A program made the position numbers and the translations under genes. Below, piece by piece: positions 10,106 to 22,683 of a stretch of DNA of 64,000 nucleotides; within the stretch, counting starts at the first letter, position 1; each line of letters begins with the position of its first letter. Under the pieces are notes generated by a model. That model saw only the letters and a list, made by a program, of their open reading frames with translations, was not told the origin of the DNA and searched no databases. The stretch is from positions 48,887 through 112,886 of the IMG/VR virus record IMGVR_UViG_2593339225_000003. One strand, given 5' to 3'. The DNA comes from a virus. Lineage: Duplodnaviria; Caudoviricetes.

Positions 10106-10447
10106 ATATAAATATATTTTAGCACTATACCATATTAAAATATTTATATCTAACCCGGCAGCCGTCCAGGAACTTATATCTGACTCCCGCGCTAAATATC
10201 CATATTATTCTAATATGCTTTTATTTTATTTGTATTGCGTTTTATTATTTGATTATATATTTATATTACTAATATATATTTAATATAAATACGCTTTGAT
10301 GCTTGCACAAATAGAGCTATTTATATTTAGTTATACCGGCGCAATTATACCGATATAATAGAGTTGTGCATATTATACAATTACATTATACTTGCATTGT
10401 GCAATGTGACAAATCAATAATTTTTCAAAAAAATTTCAAAAAAAGTA

Positions 10448-10569
10448 TTGACATAGTATTAATAGTATGTTATATTATAGGTACAGTAAATCACACAAAA
10501 CATCTACACAAAAAATTATTAAAAAACTTTCAAAAAACTATTGACATACTATTAATAGTATGTTATAAT
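10448..10569 (+). promoter_or_regulatory. Tandem sigma-A promoters with a palindromic spacer
   Basis: TTGACA-17-TATATT (10448) and TTGACA-17-TATAAT (10541). Perfect palindrome ACATACTATTAATAGTATGT at 10544-10563. Confidence 0.85.
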
Positions 10570-10602
10570 TAAATCAAGATAAGAGAAGGGAGACAAACAA
10601 AA

Positions 10603-10920
10603 ATGATTAAAACATTATTTACAATAGGCTTATATGATAAAGATACAGAAACACAAATCATAAAAGCCGGCGATGCTAAAAAGATTATAGCAAATACATT
10701 ATTAAACCAGTATAATATTTTTGCATTTACAATGATGGATGCCGAAGGCGTTTACAAGATGGGCAGCACGGGCAATATTATTTTTGAGCCGTCCATCCGC
10801 GTAGAAATTGCAAGCGATGCCGATATTCCCGCCGCGCAAATTTGCGAGACGCTCAAAGAATTATTAAATCAAGAAACAATAATGACGGAGCGGGAGGAGG
10901 TCAATATTTCTTTCATCTAA
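10603..10920 (+). CDS. Early hypothetical protein
   Basis: First ORF after the tandem promoters, GGAG RBS. Confidence 0.75.
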   Translation: MIKTLFTIGLYDKDTETQIIKAGDAKKIIANTLLNQYNIFAFTMMDAEGVYKMGSTGNIIFEPSIRVEIASDADIPAAQICETLKELLNQETIMTEREEVNISFI

Positions 10921-11209
10921 AAGTAAATAGCACAAAACATATAAACAAATAACGCCGGCGCGATGCCGGTACTCCCGCAAAAATAGCAAGCCTTGACGCG
11001 GCGCGGGAGCTTATACAAACTAATTGCTATTAAATTATAGGAGGCTATTATGCAGGAATTAACAAGAAATTATTTTGATGCTTTAATTAGTATAGGGTAC
11101 AAATATATTGTTACCCGTGACGGATGTTATTATTCAGAAATTCACGCCGGCAACGATGCCGAGGCAATAGAAAAATTTAATAATAGAGAATACTAAGGAG
11201 GTTATTACT

Positions 11210-11611
11210 ATGTTAAATATTGATACTTTAAGAAATAAAGTTGAAACAAGGCAAGCCCGCAGCGCGTGGAGTCGCGGAGTTCGTGAGTATGCGCTTGAGC
11301 TTGTGGACGAATACGAGGAAGCCCGCAACTATAACGAACGCGATGCCCGCGATACTGCCGAGCTTAAAAAGTGGATGCTCAACGGCGCGAGCGACTGGGA
11401 ACAATATTCTTGGGGAGGTTGCAGCCTGATTTATAACGGGGATATCGCAGAAAGACTCTGCACGCCGTCGGAGCTGAAAAAGACAAGAAACGGCGAACGC
11501 CGCCCGAACGCTCGGGAGGAATGGTTAGACACGCAAGCCCGCGCATTATATCAAGCCGCCGCCCGTGTGTGCTACGCCTTCCGCGAGATGATGGAAGAAA
11601 CAACAAAATAA
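11210..11611 (+). CDS. Phage hypothetical protein (LNGAxDWxQYSWGG)
   Basis: AGGAGG RBS, 133 aa. Confidence 0.75.
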   Translation: MLNIDTLRNKVETRQARSAWSRGVREYALELVDEYEEARNYNERDARDTAELKKWMLNGASDWEQYSWGGCSLIYNGDIAERLCTPSELKKTRNGERRPNAREEWLDTQARALYQAAARVCYAFREMMEETTK

Positions 11612-11729
11612 ATATATACAAATGCAGAGCATACCGCGCGGGAGCGTGAGGAGGTGACAGACTCCCGCCGGTATAATGCAGCCAGGCGGAGCGTTGCAAG
11701 CCGCTGCCAAATTTCAAGGAGGTATTACT

Positions 11730-12299
11730 ATGAAAAAATATACAATCTGGTGTGATGTCGTTTTTATGACATCGGAAGAAGTGGAAAACTATGCGCGAGA
11801 TATCCGCGAGATTTGCGCGGAAATGGACGAGGAAACGCCGGAAGGCTATGCAATGGACGAACGCATCGCGGAAGATAATGCAATGCGCCTTGACGACGAG
11901 CGCGAAAATCTGGAAGGCATCGACCTGCCGGAGTCCATCCTCTGCGTTGCCGACATCGGAAGATGGAACGGGCGCGTCTGTGGTTATCGCGAATTTGATG
12001 ACCTTGAAAGCTGCCTTTATTCAAACGTGGGCGAAATTTCATATTGTGAATGGTATGTTGACCAGTACGGAAATTTACGCGGAACAGAAGCCCATCACGA
12101 CGGCACAAACGCCTATTTATACAGAATGTGGAAGCCCGGACTCTCTGACGGACAGAAGGAAAAATTGCTTTATAAAATCTACTGCGGAAAAGCAACAACG
12201 GCAGATATTAACCGCTATACGGTCAGACTCGGCGACTATATAGGCGCGGTTTACGGTTGGAAATTCCGCGGGACTGCTCCGGCGTGTGTAAGAGTATAA
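11730..12299 (+). CDS. Acidic phage hypothetical protein
   Basis: AGGAGG RBS before MKKYTIW at 11730. Confidence 0.75.
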   Translation: MKKYTIWCDVVFMTSEEVENYARDIREICAEMDEETPEGYAMDERIAEDNAMRLDDERENLEGIDLPESILCVADIGRWNGRVCGYREFDDLESCLYSNVGEISYCEWYVDQYGNLRGTEAHHDGTNAYLYRMWKPGLSDGQKEKLLYKIYCGKATTADINRYTVRLGDYIGAVYGWKFRGTAPACVRV

Positions 12300-12327
12300 C
12301 ACGGAAAAATTGACAAGGAGGAAATAA

Positions 12328-15300
12328 ATGGAAACTTTAAGAGTTTACGGAATGAAGAACGGCGCGGAGTCCTTATTATTCGCAAATCTTGCCGAACATC
12401 CAAACTGCATTGAAAATGCGAAAAGAACGGCAACGAAGAACGGCTACAAAATCAGCCGCGCGGTACGGATTGGCACACATCGTAATTGCTTTACTGATGA
12501 GGATGTCACGGAAAAATTCTTGACAGCCTAAAATAAATAGCACAAAACATAAACAAAAGAAATGAGGTATTTGAAATGGTTGGAAAAATTATTATCATTG
12601 CCGTCGGAATCGCTTATATCGTTTTTAACTGCATTGTCAGCAAGCGGATGTCGGCAAAGGAAATGGCGGGAAAGTTTATTGCCGGTCAGAATGTTGTCGG
12701 AAGAATCGCAACAAACATCTTTTATTCTCCGGCGTGGCTGCTAAAGGGTATCAAGTTTTTAGCGGTCAATCTCATTAAATAATTACATAGCTGTGCTATC
12801 GGCTTGACGGGCAAATTAAAACACAATTAAAGCGATTATATATTGACCGTTTTAATTATGGTTTAACGGAAAAATTCAAAGGAGTGAACGAAATGGCAAA
12901 GGGAATTAAATGTACAGTAATTTGCAATACAAAGTGGGGTTATTGTATGACTCCGCGCGAATGTAAGAGCATCAGAGAAGCCGTCCGATACGCGAAAGAC
13001 CTGGGAATGGCTTATAGAGTATTTGTTGACGGAAAAGTTGTAAAATCAGGATGGTAAACAAGGAGGAATCACTATGTCATTAGCAGAACTTAAAAGACAG
13101 GCGCGAGCCGGCAAAATCAAATTTGAATTAACCGAACGCTTCGGCAAAACCGGTGATGAAATCCCTGATTTTTGTCGCGGAATCCGCGAGGTTGCAAGGG
13201 TCAATACAGTTGCAATTATTCTTGTGACCGCCGACGGAAAAGAAAGCGAGTTGAGGTTTAACGGCGCAAAGCTGGTTGAATATGATGGAAAATCTCTGAC
13301 TATCTATGCCGCCGGAGAACGCGACGTAACACCGGAGGAACAGTCCGTACTTGACGGCGCACAGAAAATCCGTGACAGACATATGAAAGTAAATCCGTAT
13401 GGTAACGGCGGATTTTGGGAGTGCAAACATTATTTTGCAAACAGCTCTTGTCCGTGGATGGCAGGATATGAAACGGTGCGCGGCAAACGCTATAACTATA
13501 ACGGAAAAGTCGTTGACAATTCCGTAAGGGGTAGAGCTATTCTGCGCTATACAATCCATCAGGTTTAAGGAGGAAAATATGGCAAACAGAATCCCGCGAC
13601 ATATCACAGAAATGGACGTTGAATTTTTGACAGCAACATCCGCCGGAAATCCCGGTACAAAAATGAAAGCGAAAAAAGATGAATACGGCTGGCACGGCAC
13701 AGATAAAAATGGAAAAAGTTGGTCATTATTTCCGTCACATCTCCGTTGCTCTGAGCTTTGCAGATTATCGAATATGAAATAATCAAGGAGGAAAATATGC
13801 TCGAACCCAGACAAAGAACGGCACTGGACGGCAAGGTTTGGTGGTGTGTGTTCGATACAGAGAAACAAAAGTATTCAACGCTTTTGTGTTTCGGAAAATA
13901 CAAGAAAAAGCGCGATGCGGCATATGCAATTCAGAGAGCCGCAGAATAAGGAGAGGTGAGATTATGCCGCTGATTATTATTATCGGAATCCTCGCGGTTT
14001 GCGGAGCGGCGGGAGCTGCCGGCGCAGACCGACACAAACACTACACGCACAAAGACACGGAAAATATGCTAATCGAGATGACCGGCAAAAGCAAAAGAGA
14101 GTGCCGCAAAATCTTAAAACGATACGGCAGAAAATAAGACAAGGAGGGCAAAATGGATAGATGTATTCTAAAGAATAAGGACGTTGAGGCACTGTTCGCG
14201 TGGCGCGACAGGAATAAAGACCTTGTAAGGCGCGGCGCAAATCCGATGAAAGGCATCGAGGTCATTTTGCCCGACGTAAAATCAAGGGTCAAATATCTAC
14301 GAACGGAAAATATATTAAACATCCATTATGTTGTGGCTAATGAATCATTCAATTATAAAATTGAAATCATTACAGGCAAATGGAAAATCGCAAAGCAGCC
14401 CGCCAAAGGTTTCGGCGCACAACAAACATTCATCGAGGATATTGTCGGAATGTATTTTGCGCTTATGGCTCTAATAGTCTATGGCGACGATGTGCAATAT
14501 ACAGAGCAGGAACTTGATATTATTGATAGCATCACAACGGAAAAATCGAAAGCAAAGCCCGCGCAAAAGCAAACACACATCAAGCGCGACAATGTGATTT
14601 ATCTTTTCAACAAAGAGCCTTCGGGCAAACTGAGCGTAAAGCGGAAAGGCGAGAGACGTTCTCCGCGCGGTCAATTCAATGTGCGCGGACATTTCAGACA
14701 CTTAAAGGGCGGTAAGGTCATTTGGATTGCCGAGTATAAAAAAGGAACAGGCACAAAGAAAAACAAAATATACAAGCTGTAAAGGAGCAGACAATGAAAA
14801 AATTAAAGCAGATTATAGACGGAGCATATAATGAGGGCAAAATCCCGCGAGGTTTGTCTCTGACGGATTTTCGCCTGTTAGAGAGTATCTATATTAACCT
14901 AACGGAAAAACGCTCATACGAGTTCATACAGGCGACTATACTGCCAATTCTTGACCGCTGCAAAATCAAATATAAGGTGCGCGGCATCGGTTGGATTGTC
15001 GGCGCATAACCCGCAAAATTTTTTCAAAAAACTATTGACATAATATTCATAGTATGTTATAATGGTTAGCGTAATGAGGGAGCGGAAATCCCCCTTGTAT
15101 TTCAAAATCTAAAGTAAATAACACAAAACATTGCGGAGGTTGATTATGCTTTTAGAGTTCAAAACAAAGAGAAACACATACGGACATCGTAACTATCTGA
15201 GGATAGATACAGAGAAAAAAGAGTATTCAACGTTCTGCCGCCGGATTGTAGTTGACGGCGCGGAAATCAAGGCTACCGATATGAAGTCAATTTTAGCACA

Positions 15301-15887
15301 GGCAAAGGCGGACGGCTACACAGAGAACGATAATTATTAAAGAATAATACGACCTTAAAACGGGAGGTGGCAAAATGATTTGGAGCAGAAAAATTGAAGA
15401 TATGATTTACCATATCTATTATATGCACGATTGCCAAAATCAAACAAAACAAATGGAAAAATTGAAATCAATCTGTATGAATGAAATCAATTCACATCCA
15501 GAATTAAAGCAAGCATTAACCGACGACAAAGCCATAGAATATTTCATTATTCAGATGGCGTTAGAAAACATAGCGTAAATAAAACAAGAATTTGATTGAC
15601 ATTAAGAGGTGATTATAATGACATCCCGCATTTTCGTAAGAAGATTAAACACAAAACACATATACATTTCTGAGCCGTTCAACATTGGCACAGAGGAAAA
15701 TCGGGTTATTGTTTGCCCGATTGATAACGAAATCAAATATATAAAGACAGATGGCGGATATATCGTAAGTGGAGAGGGTTATATTGTTGATAACGACAAC
15801 GATAAAATCTCTGCAACGAAGAAACGCCTCGGAACATTCAAAGACGTAACATATACGGAAAGCAGAACTGAGGACGAATTATTTTAA
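12328..15887 (+). other. Run of small early genes (e.g. 12328-12531, 12576-12782, 13074-13568, 13579-13782, 14153-14782, 14794-15009, 15375-15578, 15609-15887)
   Basis: Tightly packed plus-strand ORFs, most with GGAG/GGAGG RBS. No recognisable catalytic motifs. Promoter TTGACA-17-TATAAT at 15035. Confidence 0.65.
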
Positions 15888-15900
15888 GGAGGTAAACAAA

Positions 15901-16380
15901 ATGAAATTTAAGGAGTTTCAGGACAGGATTATGGCAGTTTATGCCGCGAAATTTCCTAAGAGTTTATGCACCTGCACGCTTATTAAAGGTTTCGGAAAAT
16001 ACATCATCATTGATTGTTACCTCGGTGCAGGTGATGACGAGTTCCCACACAGAATCGCGGAGAACGATGCAATTTACACAAAGTTGACAATCGACCTTCC
16101 GACGAGAAACTGGACGGAAGAAAACGAACTGCCGGACACGATGACCCTTGAGGCTATCAGAAATTCAATCAAGCACAAGCCGCCGCAGGATGAGTCATAT
16201 CTTTATTGCAAGTACACAAAGGTTTCTTTCCGCAAGACAACAGGCGATGCCGAGAAGATAATCAAGGCGTTCACAAGGTTTGTTGACAGGCTTCACAATG
16301 AAATCTCCGAGCAGTATGCAAACGACAATCTGCTGCCGGACGATATGGAACTTTTTGCAAGAAAGTATGAGAGGTGCTAA
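15901..16380 (+). CDS. Hypothetical protein
   Basis: AGGAGG RBS, 159 aa. Confidence 0.7.
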   Translation: MKFKEFQDRIMAVYAAKFPKSLCTCTLIKGFGKYIIIDCYLGAGDDEFPHRIAENDAIYTKLTIDLPTRNWTEENELPDTMTLEAIRNSIKHKPPQDESYLYCKYTKVSFRKTTGDAEKIIKAFTRFVDRLHNEISEQYANDNLLPDDMELFARKYERC

Positions 16381-16754
16381 TATGTTAGTTTCTGTATATG
16401 ACATCTGCTGCATCGTTGAACGAGAGGACAAGCAGATAATAAGATTAACCAGAGAGGACACGGGGCGCAAGTGTTTTGTCGGAGCAGCGACAGAAGTTAA
16501 GAAATCAAAATACTCTGACTATCGCGTGAGCAAAATCCGCGCGGATGGCGACAAACTCTGCATTAAGATTTACAAATTGTAAATAGCACAAAACATTCTA
16601 AAACGCCGAGAATCAAATGCAAGCGCATTTGTACTCGCATAAATAGCTTTATTTTTGCGAGAATTTGCCTGTATCGCATTTTCTCGGCAAGGAATATAAA
16701 CATACTACCAACGGAAAAAATCGCGGCACGAGCCAAAATAAAGGAGTTTAGACT

Positions 16755-17255
16755 ATGAAAAAGATTATTGCTATCACATTGATTATCATTATGGTTGTTT
16801 CTCTTGCAGCTTGCGGACAGGCAGAAACAACAGGAGCAACCGCAAAGAAAACAAACCTGACATTCACATTCAACGGCGCGGAACATACGGTATTGCCTTA
16901 TTATCCCATCGAGGATAATTATGTAATGCAGATGGCAGACAAAGGATATAAAAAGTTTGATATTTACGATACAAAAACATTAACGGCGGAAATGCTAACC
17001 AACCGCACAAATCTTCAAAGGGCTATTGTCGAGCGTGTAATCGGAATTGTAACCAACAAGGAACGCAAAGGCGACGGCAGGATTCTCAACACGGATAGCG
17101 AGCAGTACAATTATATCAGTTATAACGGATGTGATTTAGAGTACACGACCGGCACAATAATCGTTACATATTTGATGTACAATCCAAACACAAACTACGA
17201 GGACGATATTATTGAGCGATACGATTATATCCTTGATAAAAAATTCGAGGATTAG
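16755..17255 (+). CDS. Lipoprotein
   Basis: MKK plus hydrophobic core plus LAAC lipobox. Confidence 0.75.
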   Translation: MKKIIAITLIIIMVVSLAACGQAETTGATAKKTNLTFTFNGAEHTVLPYYPIEDNYVMQMADKGYKKFDIYDTKTLTAEMLTNRTNLQRAIVERVIGIVTNKERKGDGRILNTDSEQYNYISYNGCDLEYTTGTIIVTYLMYNPNTNYEDDIIERYDYILDKKFED

Positions 17256-17686
17256 TATTGACATAATATGAACAGTATATTATAATAACCATAGACGGAA
17301 AAATTGAGGTGATTATATGGCTTTACTTGCAGTCGTTTTAATTTTAATTGCTTGGGCGGTAATTGCTATTAGGGATGCTACTAAACCCACATTACCGCCG
17401 ATAGATAACATTCAGGAGCATTGCAAAACAATTCAGCAGTTGCCGGACAAAAAGGCGCGGCAGAAATATCTTAAAAATTTATCCAAAAGAAAGTGAGGCA
17501 CACTATGACATATATTGCTAAATTCTGGCGTAGTAATCCACAATTAAAAAATGGCGGGTATGAAACCACAAGAGAAATTGAGGCTACAAATGCTCAACAG
17601 GCACGAGCAAAAGCGCGGAAAATCAGTAACCAATGTTTGTATGGTTCTATGGATTTATTAAGTATATCCCGCGCGGAGGATTAAAT

Positions 17687-17926
17687 ATGGCGCAAAAACT
17701 ATCAGACGAAGCGAGACAGCATAAAAACAAATACAATGCCGAGTATGTAAAGCAAACCAAAGGTGCAGCACAACGCAAATGGAACGAGGAAAACAAAGAA
17801 AGGAAAAAACAAAAATCTTTCTTTCTATGGTTGCCGCAAGACAAGGATATTCTTGACCATTTGGATGCTGTTGATAATGTTTCCGGCTATATAAAAGATT
17901 TGATTCGCGCAGATATTAATAGATAA
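17687..17926 (+). CDS. Putative ribbon-helix-helix DNA-binding protein
   Basis: C-terminal DKDILDHLDAVDNVSGYIKDLIRADI resembles RHH helices. GGAGG RBS. Confidence 0.55.
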   Translation: MAQKLSDEARQHKNKYNAEYVKQTKGAAQRKWNEENKERKKQKSFFLWLPQDKDILDHLDAVDNVSGYIKDLIRADINR

Positions 17927-18029
17927 CCAAAATAGGGAACATTGATGTTGTGTGTTCAGCATAAATGTTCCCTAAACCATAGAAGGAAAATATCACGGCT
18001 TGCCGCGCAAGACGGGATTATAGTATTTA

Positions 18030-18716
<687 letters not shown>

Positions 18717-19240
18717 AGAGGATATTGGTGCGGCTTGCAGCCTTAATTTGTCTTGTTGGTTTACAGCATTGCCGGATTTTTCGCAACCAACAATCCAAAT
18801 ATCCTTCTTATGGTTAAATACCTTTTCTTTTTGCGAGATTTGACTTCTCCTGCACTTTTATCACTAAGTAATATCAATTCATTGCTAACATTAAAAATGC
18901 AATACAGACGATTCTGACGGATTTTAGAGATATATTAAATTTACGACTATATATCCCGCCATTTTCTCTTATGGTTTTATTTGCGTTCTGACGGACTTTT
19001 TATTCACTAATGTAATTTCATTCCTTTATTATAAAAACGCGATACAGAGCGATTCTCGCAATAACAGAGCTATTTCCTGTGGTTTCTTCATATCTAATGT
19101 AAATCACACAAAAAATTTTTCAAAAAGGTATTGACATACTATGAACATTATGTTATACTGGTTATTGTAATCAAGGTTTGGTTACAGAAATATAAAGGAG
19201 TGTATGTTATGAGAGATTTAACAGAGTACGTTGCAAGGCT

Positions 19241-19699
19241 ATGGATATGTTGGATTCCATCGGCATTAAATATGGAAACATTATTGATTGCACTGTGAAC
19301 ACACGAGCACAAAAGCGTTGGGGTCAATGTAGAAAAGTTCCCGGCGGTTATACAATCAATATCAATGCTGTCCTTCTTGACGAGCAAAACAGCGAGGACG
19401 GTCTGATGAATACAATCTTGCACGAGCTGGCGCATAGCGTAGACGGATGTATGAACCACGGCGCAAATTGGAAAGCTGTTGCAAGCCGCATTTATTCAGC
19501 CTATGGTTATGAAATTAAAAGGACTGACAGCGCGGAGGATAAGGGAGTTATTGAATCCACAAGACAGATAGAATATAAGTATCAGTTCCGCTGTGAGAAA
19601 TGCGGTAAAGTAATCGGCAGGGCAAGAGCGAGTAGGTTTACGCGCAATCCCGAAAGGTTTATCCATACCGGCTGCGGCGGACATTTTCAAAAAATCTAA
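19241..19699 (+). CDS. SprT-like zinc metalloprotease
   Basis: WGQC, TILHELAH (HExxH), HG..WK, C-terminal CxxC. Confidence 0.8.
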   Translation: MDMLDSIGIKYGNIIDCTVNTRAQKRWGQCRKVPGGYTININAVLLDEQNSEDGLMNTILHELAHSVDGCMNHGANWKAVASRIYSAYGYEIKRTDSAEDKGVIESTRQIEYKYQFRCEKCGKVIGRARASRFTRNPERFIHTGCGGHFQKI

Positions 19700-19830
19700 A
19701 ATAAATCTCACAAAACATATTGACAAGTTATAAAACTTGTGGTAGAATAGGTAACAGTAAAGGGCGGACATCCGCTCATAAATAAATCGGGTAAAATAAA
19801 TATCACAAAACATTTTAGGAGGTTATCGCT

Positions 19831-20784
19831 ATGACAGGATTAGAAAGAGCATATGACAACATTAATAAATTAGTTGAGTTTTGCAATTCAAAAGAAACAA
19901 ACACAACCTTCGGTGAGAACGGCAAGATTATCCACCTCATCAAAGATACCGTCGGCAAGGCAACATACATCTATGGTGAGTATGGTTTCGACAAGGATTT
20001 CTTTGTTCATTTGGATAAGAAATTTGAGGTGGTTGCCATCGCTGCGGATAATGTGGTTTATATCGTTGACACTTATATGTTCAGCGACTATGAAATTACG
20101 AGGTCTGGCAAAGAATTACCAGATGGCGTGAGATGGCTTGGCGACTATTACAATGAACTCAATGAAAAACTCACAAACGAGTTCTTCCCGCGCTATTATG
20201 AAAACCTTGTTCCGACAGGCGTGGACAGCTATGAGGATTCAAGGCTTGAAGAACTTGCAAGGATTGAACTTCTCGGAAACGGCGAACCGCACAAAGGTCA
20301 GCTTGACAGGGATTCCAAAGTAACTGAATACGACATTGCGAAGCTCCTTGCCGGGTTTGAAAACGAACAGGAAATTTTCGCAGAATGTGTGAACAGAAGC
20401 GCAGGAATTTACAACAGCAGAAAGTCCCGCGAAGTTGCGACAGCAAGATATATCGCAGAACACGACGTTGTTAAGGATTACGAACTGAGAATTGCCGAGG
20501 CAATCAGGAACACCGAAGCGAAGAACGTTGTTGTGTGGTTTGAAAAGCACAACAAGCAGTCATCGGCAAAGATTTCTCCGCAGAACATTCAGAGAGTGTT
20601 AATCCGCAAGTTTGATTACTTCTCTACTTATGTATTTATGAACGGCGAAGAAGCAAAGAGAATGTTCTTTGAAATCGGCGCGACAGACAGAGGATGGGGA
20701 GAAAACCAGAACAGGCTGACAACAAAGGATATTGTCAAGATTATGTATCGCGGCAAAGCAATCTATCAGAGGGAGGAAGCATAA
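19831..20784 (+). CDS. Hypothetical protein
   Basis: 317 aa, AGGAGG RBS, downstream of the promoter at 19720. Confidence 0.75.
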   Translation: MTGLERAYDNINKLVEFCNSKETNTTFGENGKIIHLIKDTVGKATYIYGEYGFDKDFFVHLDKKFEVVAIAADNVVYIVDTYMFSDYEITRSGKELPDGVRWLGDYYNELNEKLTNEFFPRYYENLVPTGVDSYEDSRLEELARIELLGNGEPHKGQLDRDSKVTEYDIAKLLAGFENEQEIFAECVNRSAGIYNSRKSREVATARYIAEHDVVKDYELRIAEAIRNTEAKNVVVWFEKHNKQSSAKISPQNIQRVLIRKFDYFSTYVFMNGEEAKRMFFEIGATDRGWGENQNRLTTKDIVKIMYRGKAIYQREEA

Positions 20785-22674
20785 TGGTAAACATTACTGA
20801 ATATCAAAAATGTTCCTGCGGAGCAATCACGTTATATACGAATAACGGCGATGCTTATTCTTGCAAGCAGAAAAATCTCCGCAAGTTCTTCCCGAACATC
20901 GACCTCCGCAAAATCGAGAGGTTGCCGGAAAGTTACTGTTGCAATCATTGCGTAAACCATTTCGGACTTGACCTCTGCGGTTGCGGCTCTGGCGAAGAAT
21001 TTGGAAAATGCGATGAGGGCTATCCCGAATGTAAACAGCCTATGCAGGTCGTTGGAAAATATACCCGCGTTTGCGCTGCTGATGCTTGGATATGAGGTGT
21101 GAAATGAACGACATTGTAAGTTTACAGGAAATTCTGCGGATAGAGCAATCAATATCTGAATTGCTCAAATCCGCGCGGGATGACATCATAAAAGAGACTG
21201 AAACCACGGAAATCGAGGGCGTAAAAAAGATAAATGATTTCTGTTGTGTGGTTAAATTATCCAAACTCAGAAACAATATTTGGTCAGCGGAATATTATCT
21301 GCCGCACGTTCAGGCATCATATGTCAAAACGGCACTTGCAAGTGTTAAAACTGCCGCAGCGTTCGTGGAAAAAGTCGCGGATATGGTAGAGAATAGGCGC
21401 GTGAAAATCGGAAAGAATGTGTACTATCTGAACGACACGACAGTTGGTATTCTTATGCGACACTATAAGGGCTTAACGGAGGAATTGTAATGTCAGAGAT
21501 TACATCCGGCAGATATGTTTCAACGGAATATTACGAAGATTTCAGCACTGGAAAAGCATATACAACATCACAGGGAACGCCGCTTTTGAAATATCAAGTA
21601 GTCATTGATGTTAAGGTAACGGAAAAATCGTATATCTTTAATTTGGTTGACTTCATCGAAAATCACGGATATGCGCCGCAGATTGCCGATATGTTCAGAG
21701 ATAACAAGCGCGTTGCTATTAGGCGCGATAAGCCGAGCAAACACGCTATTCATACTTGGTCGGGCAATTCATTTACGTTATATCCTTATCGGGTTGGCGT
21801 TCCCTATGTTTTCAACAAGGAGGAATAACTATGGTCTATAACTGTTTTGGATATTTTGAACTCTGCGATAAATTGTTTTTGGGCGTTCCATTGACGAATG
21901 ACCATATGAACGAAGCAACGAAACAAATTTGTTCGTATATCCTTAAAACCGGCGGAGCAAAAAATATGCTAAAGCTCGGCGTTGGAATCCACACAAGAAG
22001 GCTTAGTGAATCGGATAAAATCATAAGACAGCGGTTAGTCTATACGAAGGGTAGTCGCGCGGGTCAGGAGTTAGAAATACACGAAATAAAAAAACTGGGA
22101 CACTTCCTGCGCGATGGAAATTATGCCGACTATTACAAGAGAGAAGATATGAAGTAGATTGGAAGTGATAACCTTGCCATTTAATAAAAGCGACGAATAC
22201 ATTTCTGTGATTTGTCAGGATTGCGGAAAATCTTTTATGATTGACAAAAGCTATACAAATGTAATTAAGCGTTGCCCGATATGCCAAAGTAGGGCAAACA
22301 AAAATCAAAACAGAACTTGCGGATGCTGCGGACGGAAATTCCCGATGGATAGGCTGAAATATGTTTCAAAAGAAAAATCTCGCACATCGTATCTTTGTTA
22401 TGAATGTTTTGGCGACTTTACAAAAAGCGACCATCGTTTGATTAAGTGGGCAGTTGAAAACATAATAAAGAAATACTGTAAACAGAGCGGAAAATCTTTT
22501 GAAAACGACATTGAAGGATATATAACTCTTTCAAGCGGAACGAAGGAAATCGAATCCGTCGAATACATTGATTATTTCTTTTGTCAAATGTTGGTGTATC
22601 AAGGGAAAAATGCGGTCAGGCAATTCGTGGAAAATTATACATACAATCCGGCGCAAAAGAAGCAGCCGGTCTAA
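20784..22674 (+). other. Five small hypothetical genes, two Cys-rich (20784-21095, ~21104-21490, 21490-21828, ~21831-22157, 22159-22674)
   Basis: Coupled stop/start junctions. CxxC clusters in the first and last ORFs. Confidence 0.6.
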
Positions 22675-22683
22675 GGAGAAATT

